Shown here piece by piece: positions 14,653 to 22,220 of a stretch of 27,635 bases of DNA. This stretch comes from a virus. Lineage: Duplodnaviria > Caudoviricetes. The position numbers and the translations under genes are program-made. Numbering within the stretch: position 1 is the stretch's first letter; each line of letters begins with the position of its first letter. The stretch covers positions 1 to 27,635 of the IMG/VR virus record IMGVR_UViG_3300020198_000075. One strand, 5' to 3'. The notes below the pieces were generated by a model. That model ran no database searches. It saw nothing but the letters and a program-made list of their open reading frames with translations, and was not told where the DNA came from.

Positions 14653-16580
14653 TCTCCTGGTATTACGTTCCAGTCAATAGTGTAGTGACCAATCATGTTA
14701 ACAGGCATCAAAAACTCTTCTACGATGCGTTCCGTTGCAGTAACCACACGGTCATAGTCTAGTGTGTAGTACGAAAAATCTTCATTGTTGTTATTGCCAT
14801 CTGGTCCCCAACGATAGTCATGCACACCAACAATGTTAAACTGATTGGCTTCCTGTACAAAACCGCCGTAGATGTCGTCGCCATCAAAGTACCGACCAAT
14901 TGCGTTTGGTTCTATCAGCCAACGTGAAACAATGATTGTTTCACCAGGGTCGGCTAAAAACACCAACGCTGGAACTACCGCTTTTTCAAATTCCACATTA
15001 CTGATGTCTTTAGGTTGCTCAAGCGCAAATCGTCCCACAGTTGCCAGACCAGGCGCACTTGCGTTGTAAAAAGAATCAACGCTGTACATAAATATGTTTT
15101 GATTTGCGGCACTTTCAATATTCCAAGTATCATAATACAATGCTTCATCAAGACAGTCAGGTGGGTCTGTTTCAAGATAATTAATAACATTATCATTATC
15201 AATCATTCTAAAGTTTACAAACGACGCTCCCGATAAGTTACAGTCAAATGAAGTGTAATAAACAACGTCATTGCGATAGTAAAAAGGTTTTCGTCCATAT
15301 ACAACCACAACTTGAGAACCAGTGGCATTTGATGGAATAGTTATTTTAAGACCCGTTCCTCCTGAATTAACAACTAAAACAGACGCTGCTGCAATTACCT
15401 GACCTTCGTATTTCACTTTTTCAATAATGGGAATAGCCGAAGCAGAGTTAAAGGCGGCGCCGTAGGTGTAGACACCCCATCCAACGGACGCCGCAGAATT
15501 AACAAACACATTAGTTGTGTACTCGCAGTCTGGCGTTGGGTTTGCGTTGTAGTTACGAATGGCATCATCGTTCCTAGTTGTGTCACGCAACGCAGAACCA
15601 CCATCAGTTTTACGCAACGTAAATGGGGTTCGGTCTACGTCAGATGGAGTTCCTATAAAAAAGGTTACATTTTGTTGTCTAAATTTGGGGTCAGAGACTA
15701 AGTTAATACGTTGTGTATCCACTTTGAACGTAACCGTGTCTGAGTCATAAGAAACATTGCAACCAGTCAATGCCGAAATAAACGAGGCGGTTCCTGCAAA
15801 CGTTCCTTTTTGTTGGCGAAGGTTAAAGATATTGTTTAAAACGCTTCGCAGTCGTGCCGTTCCAACCTCTGCACTAGACGTCGGAACTCCTAATTGTTTT
15901 GCAACGGCGTCAAGTGCTGGTGTTGGTGTACGAAGTGGGTCGTTAATTACCGCAAGGCTGTCAACGAGGGAACGAACTCGGTCTAACTCCCATCCAAATA
16001 GAGACAAAAAAGAACGAAGAGAACCACCTACTTGATAATCAAGGGCACGATAATATTCAGGAATCCTATTCCAAAGGTTTTCTAAAGACTGATAATACTT
16101 TGGTATTTGAATTGTTGCCAACGCAATGCGCTCAAACCACTCACTTGCTCCGTTAGAATACTTTAAAAACAAACCGTAGTACAACCATGTTCCTGGTTTG
16201 TACAATAAACTTACATGGTCGTGGTTTTCTTTGTAGTTAGTTTGATTGTAAAAAATGACTTTTGTGCCATCCTCAACCGTAAGCGGTTCTCCGTATTGAT
16301 TAACGGTTATGTGCAACTCTACAGGAGCAGTAGATTGAGGGTTTGTTTCCAAAGAGTCTTCAATGGCCCAACTGAGTCTCACAGTACTTTCGTGTTTTGT
16401 TAAGCCGCCTACGGTAACCTGTTCTACATTAAATGGCACTACTTCAAAAGTAACCAACCCCGCTCCACCGCTAGGCTGAATAAAGTCATCGCTACGAAGA
16501 GCGGAGTCAAGCCTGTCAGTTTCACGTACGTAAGAACCAACGTCATCAGTTTTACGAAGTTTAAAGGAAGTTAAAGCCAT
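14649..16580 (-). CDS. Baseplate wedge/tail protein (P2 gpI-like core) with beta-rich extensions
   Basis: LWNRIPEYYRALD...LRSFLSLFGWELD...P..ALDAVAKQLG...QKGT..G matches gpI-like tail proteins. Follows baseplate J. Confidence 0.75.
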   Translation of the reverse strand: MALTSFKLRKTDDVGSYVRETDRLDSALRSDDFIQPSGGAGLVTFEVVPFNVEQVTVGGLTKHESTVRLSWAIEDSLETNPQSTAPVELHITVNQYGEPLTVEDGTKVIFYNQTNYKENHDHVSLLYKPGTWLYYGLFLKYSNGASEWFERIALATIQIPKYYQSLENLWNRIPEYYRALDYQVGGSLRSFLSLFGWELDRVRSLVDSLAVINDPLRTPTPALDAVAKQLGVPTSSAEVGTARLRSVLNNIFNLRQQKGTFAGTASFISALTGCNVSYDSDTVTFKVDTQRINLVSDPKFRQQNVTFFIGTPSDVDRTPFTLRKTDGGSALRDTTRNDDAIRNYNANPTPDCEYTTNVFVNSAASVGWGVYTYGAAFNSASAIPIIEKVKYEGQVIAAASVLVVNSGGTGLKITIPSNATGSQVVVVYGRKPFYYRNDVVYYTSFDCNLSGASFVNFRMIDNDNVINYLETDPPDCLDEALYYDTWNIESAANQNIFMYSVDSFYNASAPGLATVGRFALEQPKDISNVEFEKAVVPALVFLADPGETIIVSRWLIEPNAIGRYFDGDDIYGGFVQEANQFNIVGVHDYRWGPDGNNNNEDFSYYTLDYDRVVTATERIVEEFLMPVNMIGHYTIDWNVIPGE

Positions 16581-18029
16581 TTAACCAGTCACCCCACCAA
16601 CCGTGGTAATTGTAAACGTTCCCTTTTTGAGCAACCCGTATTGACCCGATGTTATTGTTTCAGTGCTTGGTAAAGACAATGTGGCGTAGTCAACTCCTGT
16701 AACATCCATAATTGTTCTGTAAATCGTGCCCTTGGACAACGTTTGATTAAAAAACACGTTGTCAAATTCAAACAAAGTGTTGAGTGCGTTTGTAACGTCA
16801 GTGAGAACACTACTTGCAATAAAACCATCTAACACATTTACTGTAGTAGTAATATTTACTGCCGTAAGGTTGACTACGCTGGCGGCGGTGACGTTTGCCC
16901 CAATCATTTGGCGTGGTTCGTAATAATTTACAATTGAGTTTCTTAATTCAGTACTAACAAGAATAGAGTCACTTTCGTAACTTAGATAATTGTTTACAAA
17001 CGGCACGGCATAAACAGTAACCGTTCCAGAATTGTAGGATGCAGTGCCCTTTGCAACACCACCTACGTTTAATACAAGCGCCTTGTAATCGCTTAGTGAT
17101 ACCGCTCTGTTTTGTGTAGCAAACGCATTAGGAATGTTTACACGAAGTGATTCCAACGACTCTGCGTTTAAACCACCAGTCGCAACCGAAGACGAAAACA
17201 CTGACAAGTACTGACTAGGTGACGCTTGAAACTGTGTTATCCTGTTGATTTCAATGTTTCCAGACGCTCCAACGCCGTAACGGTAGGACGCAACAATAGA
17301 CTGACCTGGGTTTGGAATCTTACCGTTGACTCCGTTTCCAAACACTATTTCGGTTTCGTTGTCGGCATTAATGTTAACTGTGAACACTTTTGAATTTGAT
17401 GCCGCATCAATAAGTTTATTAATGTACACATATTCAACGGCAGACGGGCTGCCGTTTACAACGGGGCCTTCTAAAACAGAAATTGCTACGCTATTACCAA
17501 TTACGTTTGGGTAGTACAAAAAGAATCGTTGGTTAGCAAGACCGTTAGATGTGCCCACTGTTTCATCAACAACTATTTGTCCTTCTACAACAGGAATGGC
17601 GGGGTTAAGTGATGCCGAAGCCGAAGCCGAAGAGGTAGATGAAAAATACACAATTGGAGAAGTTGTTGTAGCAGGGGCAACAAAAACAGTGCCAGAAGGG
17701 ATAACTACTGTTTGATTTGCGGGAACGTTAGAGCCGTCTACAACAACAGTTGCCGCTGCTGCTGTTTGTAATTGTGGAGCGTAGTCAAACAAACTTGCCA
17801 ATGCCAACAACGATTCACGCTGCGTAGCCGTTGTAATAAAAGCCTCTTTAGCAGAACGGTCTACGTAATAATGAAGAACGTCGGCAAAATAAGCCCACAA
17901 GTCAACTAACAATACTCCAAAATCAGACGGGTCACGGGAAGTCCATTCAGGAACAATCTCAGAGGCACGCAACAACAAATCATTTTTAATTGATTCGTAA
18001 TCCCTATTTGAATAATTGATAGACGCCAT
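16581..18029 (-). CDS. Baseplate wedge protein J (gp6/gp47-like)
   Basis: INYSNRDYESIK, PEWT....SDFGVLLVDLWAY..D.L.YY.DR...EAF..TATQR, FGNGVNGKIP, ATGG..AES and RAVS..DY. Confidence 0.92.
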   Translation of the reverse strand: MASINYSNRDYESIKNDLLLRASEIVPEWTSRDPSDFGVLLVDLWAYFADVLHYYVDRSAKEAFITTATQRESLLALASLFDYAPQLQTAAAATVVVDGSNVPANQTVVIPSGTVFVAPATTTSPIVYFSSTSSASASASLNPAIPVVEGQIVVDETVGTSNGLANQRFFLYYPNVIGNSVAISVLEGPVVNGSPSAVEYVYINKLIDAASNSKVFTVNINADNETEIVFGNGVNGKIPNPGQSIVASYRYGVGASGNIEINRITQFQASPSQYLSVFSSSVATGGLNAESLESLRVNIPNAFATQNRAVSLSDYKALVLNVGGVAKGTASYNSGTVTVYAVPFVNNYLSYESDSILVSTELRNSIVNYYEPRQMIGANVTAASVVNLTAVNITTTVNVLDGFIASSVLTDVTNALNTLFEFDNVFFNQTLSKGTIYRTIMDVTGVDYATLSLPSTETITSGQYGLLKKGTFTITTVGGVTG

Positions 18030-18427
18030 TAGATTTCACTTTCTTCAGTAAACATTGTTCCAACCGTTAATTTTACCGTAGACACAGTTCTTGGAGCAAC
18101 GACGTACTTAACAACAAGCGTCATTGTGTTGTCGGGATTGTAAATGCTGTCCGACTCGTCCTGTAGGTAAAAGTCGGTTACTTGTCCAAAAGACAAATAC
18201 GTGTTTACGTCACTTAATACATCTGTTCTGTAATCTTGCAAAAGCAATGGGTCAACTATTTCAAATATCCACGATGACAAATTACCACCGTATCCAGCAC
18301 GCATAATTCGTTCGCCAGTAGTTGTCATAAAGTAATCTGCAATTTGCTGTTTTACAATGTTGTCAATACTGTTTGTTTCGGCAACCGACCCAAATTCAAA
18401 TCTAAAAGGTACACTAAAAGTTTTCAC
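18029..18427 (-). CDS. gp25/gpW-like baseplate wedge subunit (sheath initiator)
   Basis: FSVPFRF and T..GERIMR..YG..L...IFE are the gp25 signature. Confidence 0.88.
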   Translation of the reverse strand: MKTFSVPFRFEFGSVAETNSIDNIVKQQIADYFMTTTGERIMRAGYGGNLSSWIFEIVDPLLLQDYRTDVLSDVNTYLSFGQVTDFYLQDESDSIYNPDNTMTLVVKYVVAPRTVSTVKLTVGTMFTEESEI

Positions 18428-18750
18428 GCCAATGCCTCCAGTATTTGAGCCACCTGTGCTTCTAGGGTGGCAATCCGTTCTTCTAGTTTAGACGTTCCTT
18501 CGGTCTGAATCCAGAAGACATTCGTAAACGTATTGTCGTCAGTTCCCACCAGTATTTGATTCCCTACTTCTGGAACCGACCACCCTGAGTTTGTTAAAGA
18601 CCTACCAAATAATGACAGCGCTATCTCGGAGTTGCCCAAAACGGCGGGTATTATTACACGAACCTGACCAGACGCCGAATCAGCATAAGTTACCACTGCT
18701 CGGTGCGGCCCTCCAGAAACAACCCCGTGAATGTGCTTAGTTGTAGACAT
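18424..18750 (-). CDS. Short gp5/gpV-like OB-fold spike protein with a C-terminal coiled coil
   Basis: HRAVV......GQVRVIIPAVLG and WSVPEVGNQILV.......VFWI match the gp5 OB-fold. It ends in LEERIATLEAQVAQILEALA. Confidence 0.72.
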   Translation of the reverse strand: MSTTKHIHGVVSGGPHRAVVTYADSASGQVRVIIPAVLGNSEIALSLFGRSLTNSGWSVPEVGNQILVGTDDNTFTNVFWIQTEGTSKLEERIATLEAQVAQILEALA

Positions 18751-19909
18751 TTGCGTATTCCTTTTGTTGAACCCACGTGTTCTTTATAAGTATTGGCAAA
18801 GGGGCAGGAGCGTACCTCTGCACCAATGGAAACTTAGGTAGTACTTCGTAATTTCCTTTCTTTTTTAATTTTAACAATGTAGTTAATGAGTCGGTTAACA
18901 ATTCGTGCGAAACAGACTCAACATACCAAAAACCATCAAATGTTCCCTTGTATCCGTTGATGTTGACAACTCCACCAGGTCTTATGGACGGGTCTCCAAA
19001 AATCAACACGTCTGCAAAGTGTTGATTCGTTTCTTTAATTTTGGATTGTACGTACCTTTTTGCCTTTTCAAAAGAATCTACGCTGACCGACAAAGTGTTA
19101 TTGAACCTACTTGTCTCAGTAATTGCAGTGGATTGCGTATCTGTTATTTGAAAAGCATCAACATTAGACAATGTTCCATCGTCGTTTAAGTACGTCACTG
19201 TTTTATTACCAACTTGTGCCACAACATCAGAAGCACCGATTGTTGATTCTATTGAGATAATATCCCCAGGAGACGGAGAATATACAACTTGTTTGTTTAA
19301 CGTTCCCTGTAGTACGGTGTACGAAGGTTGGTGTGCAAATGCCTTATCAATATCCCAAATATGGATGTGGGCATTGCTAAGTGTTACGCAATAACCTAGT
19401 TGCTTGCACGCCTTAACAAGCAATTTCCACAAAGACTCTTCCGTTTGAACAAGGCGTTTGAACACGTACGTATCTTTTGGAATGGTGTAACCAAACCGAT
19501 GTTGTCGTGCAATCGTTGAAACAATTGTTTCCAAAGAGACATTTTCCCATGCCGTGGAGTCTACGCCACGCAAAAGATGCGACGAACCAATACACACCAT
19601 GGTGTAAAGTTGAAAAGGTTGACGGTCAACAGTACCCTCGTGCGTCACTGAACGTGCCTCTACATGGGACACGTACCCAAAAAATTGAAGTTGTTTACCT
19701 CCGCTAATTTGTACAACCAATTGAATTGGTTTGTCTACGTATTGATGAATGTACTCAGTCGGGACACCAACCAGTTCAAGTGTTGCAACATCGTGTTGAT
19801 TTTCTGAAAAGGAAACTTTAATACGTTGAACAGAGCGAGTAGAAAACGGCGCATCGGCTAGACGAACGTCCCATTTAATACCAAGAGTAGATAAGTTTGT
19901 TGTAATCAC
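18737..19909 (-). CDS. Baseplate hub protein (gp27/gpD/VgrG N-terminal-like)
   Basis: FFGYV, IVSTIARQH, LVQTEESLWKLL...CKQLGY and GDPSIRPGGVVNI.G....FDGFWYVESVSH. Confidence 0.85.
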   Translation of the reverse strand: MITTNLSTLGIKWDVRLADAPFSTRSVQRIKVSFSENQHDVATLELVGVPTEYIHQYVDKPIQLVVQISGGKQLQFFGYVSHVEARSVTHEGTVDRQPFQLYTMVCIGSSHLLRGVDSTAWENVSLETIVSTIARQHRFGYTIPKDTYVFKRLVQTEESLWKLLVKACKQLGYCVTLSNAHIHIWDIDKAFAHQPSYTVLQGTLNKQVVYSPSPGDIISIESTIGASDVVAQVGNKTVTYLNDDGTLSNVDAFQITDTQSTAITETSRFNNTLSVSVDSFEKAKRYVQSKIKETNQHFADVLIFGDPSIRPGGVVNINGYKGTFDGFWYVESVSHELLTDSLTTLLKLKKKGNYEVLPKFPLVQRYAPAPLPILIKNTWVQQKEYANVYN

Positions 19910-20151
19910 AACAACGGAATCCTTACGACGGTTCCAGGGTTAATAGAATCTGGAAACTTAATTTGTGGATTGTGTTCGGCAATCATCCAATAACGTTGTT
20001 CATCGTTTAAATAATTTAAAGCCAGTGATGCAAAGGAATCTCCCTGCACCGTTACATGCGTAAAATACGAACGAGTAACAACGTTTTTAGGAAGGGATAC
20101 AAGACGTGATTCATTGTCAACTGTATCGTAACTGTTTAGGTATCTAGGCAT
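19906..20151 (-). CDS. LysM-domain baseplate protein (gpX/gp53-like)
   Basis: HVTVQGDSFASLALNYLNDEQRYWMIAEHNP...FP..INPGTVVRIP. Start MPRY at 20151 (TAATG overlap). Confidence 0.85.
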   Translation of the reverse strand: MPRYLNSYDTVDNESRLVSLPKNVVTRSYFTHVTVQGDSFASLALNYLNDEQRYWMIAEHNPQIKFPDSINPGTVVRIPLL

Positions 20152-22220
20152 TATGCAAGTCCAAAGGGGGAGACAGTTAAGTCCCATATAGTGTTTTGAA
20201 CAGCAGGATTAAGGCTATTTACTAAAAACGGAGCATCATCAGTATATTGAGAAGTAATTCTATTTGTTAACTTATACGTGTTGCTGTTTACAGTCATGCC
20301 AAATTCATAATATAAAGTATAGTCGTACGCCTTTGGTAAAACGTCACTGGTATCTTTTGGTCTAACCCAATACACTTTAAAAAAATCGGTGGCGTCGGTT
20401 TTTGATTTTGGTGCTTGACGACGCCAACCATTAGTTGTGCCTGGGTCAAGTGGATGAGGGGTGTAACTTTTACCGTTTGCCATTTTTTTACCAACGGGAA
20501 CCCACGTTCTCCAAGCAATAGACCAATTGTCAATTTCTTGAGAACTTAACGTTTTAATGTCTATTTCGTATTTTTGCGGTGCTCGTTTATTAGAGGAATA
20601 AAGTATATACAATTTTGTTAATTCTAAATTAAACAAATGAAAAAAAGAATTATCTGGTAACGATGCTACTCGCTGAGTTCCAGTTGATTTTACTAAAGGA
20701 TGTAAAAACCTAAAACTAACCATTAATGGCGTGTATGTATACAATGCGTCAGCCGATGGCACTTGAGTTTTTTGTACAAAGGCATCGCTGTCACCAGGAT
20801 TTCCTCCCGCTTTTCCCAGCATGTTTCTTAGTTGACCTTCCAACACTTTTTCTTCCGCCATTTCTAAATACGTTTTAGCAGTTGTTGGTGTAACGTTTAT
20901 TTTAGTACCGTCCTCTATTTTGCTAAACGTGTTCCACCACTGACGCAACGTTATGTATCCTTGACTGTTTCCAGCATAACGCTCATTACTTCCATTAGTT
21001 TTTTCCCATGTGTTAGTTGGGGCCAGCACTTTTGTGTAGTCAGAATCTTGGTTAGGCATGTCTAAATTGTAATAGTCACCCGATAATCCTCTGGCAGGCG
21101 GGTCGTCATTGGAATGATTCCACAACATTTGCACATGTGTAATATCTTTAACATATTTAAGCGCATCAATTTTTGATTGAGCACTACCTTGTGAAGATGG
21201 CGTGACAACTGACTTGTACCAATCTGCCAAACTGTCCGTTAAGAAAGCCTTACGCTTGGCAAATCCAAAATACAACGCCTGAACCGTGCAGTTAACTTGA
21301 CAAATTGTTGGAATCATTTGATGGCTAAACTTTTGGAATGCCACGGCAGAACCAGTAACAAAACCCTCAACCATAAACAAATCGCCAAACACAATACGAA
21401 CAGGTAATGGATTAATAAACGCAGAGTTTCCAAAGTTCTTTTCGGACAATGTTTTTTTAAAAGCGGCTTCACTAAATGGAGTGCCTTGAACAAATTGATT
21501 GTTCTGGTTTGCGTTGGTTCCTTGACCAGCCAACGACTGTTGAATTTCAGCAACTTTTGCATTAAACTTTGCAATGGTCTCTATAACATCTTGAGAAATA
21601 CCTTGACCAATTATTTTGTCAAAAATAGAAAGGTCGTGCAGCACCCCAGAATATTGTGGGTTACTCAATTCCCCAAGCATTGACTGAGTTGTAAAATCGG
21701 CAGAACTAGAAAAAGTAAGGTCGTTTGCAGGAGCATTTTTAAATCTAAATTCCAAATCTCGGTCACGATTTGCAACTTCGTATTCACGATTAAAGGTCAT
21801 TGTAAAATTAAATGAAGCCGTTCCTGGAACAGGCTGAGTCAGGTTTGCAGGGTTTTGCAGCAATGGGTTTACCGCTCCCTGACTTTGCGCCACGTTACGT
21901 TCAATATATTCTGGATTAAATTGAAAGTTTAAACGCACATTACCAGTCCTTTTCGTTCCTAGAACCGTGTTATTTCCGCCTGTGTCAAACAGAATACTTC
22001 GCATAAAACCACGTCGCATTTTTGACAACGGTCTAAATACGTCGTTTTTTCCTCCCATGTTTTTGTTAATATGTGGAGGCTTACTACCAGGAAAAAAGAA
22101 GGGATGATTGGCCTTACCATCTTCTGGCTTACCCTGACTTTCTAAAAGTCTTCCATAATTAGGAAAATTGACATTTTTTAAATCCTCGTAATCTTTACTG
22201 GTTGGGTTATAATTACTCAC
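20151..22220 (-). CDS. Tail tube initiator (Afp7/Pvc7 N-terminal-like) with a long C-terminal extension
   Basis: LNFQFNPEYI, F.MTFNR and P.PVRIVFG....VEGFVTG..V.F.KF...MIP....V. Sits between the tape measure and LysM genes. Confidence 0.72.
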   Translation of the reverse strand: MSNYNPTSKDYEDLKNVNFPNYGRLLESQGKPEDGKANHPFFFPGSKPPHINKNMGGKNDVFRPLSKMRRGFMRSILFDTGGNNTVLGTKRTGNVRLNFQFNPEYIERNVAQSQGAVNPLLQNPANLTQPVPGTASFNFTMTFNREYEVANRDRDLEFRFKNAPANDLTFSSSADFTTQSMLGELSNPQYSGVLHDLSIFDKIIGQGISQDVIETIAKFNAKVAEIQQSLAGQGTNANQNNQFVQGTPFSEAAFKKTLSEKNFGNSAFINPLPVRIVFGDLFMVEGFVTGSAVAFQKFSHQMIPTICQVNCTVQALYFGFAKRKAFLTDSLADWYKSVVTPSSQGSAQSKIDALKYVKDITHVQMLWNHSNDDPPARGLSGDYYNLDMPNQDSDYTKVLAPTNTWEKTNGSNERYAGNSQGYITLRQWWNTFSKIEDGTKINVTPTTAKTYLEMAEEKVLEGQLRNMLGKAGGNPGDSDAFVQKTQVPSADALYTYTPLMVSFRFLHPLVKSTGTQRVASLPDNSFFHLFNLELTKLYILYSSNKRAPQKYEIDIKTLSSQEIDNWSIAWRTWVPVGKKMANGKSYTPHPLDPGTTNGWRRQAPKSKTDATDFFKVYWVRPKDTSDVLPKAYDYTLYYEFGMTVNSNTYKLTNRITSQYTDDAPFLVNSLNPAVQNTIWDLTVSPFGLA

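Noticed and set aside
15555-16571. Repeat pair as the template and variable repeats of a diversity-generating retroelement
   Set aside because: The repeat is short, the differences are not adenine-specific, and no reverse transcriptase is in the window.
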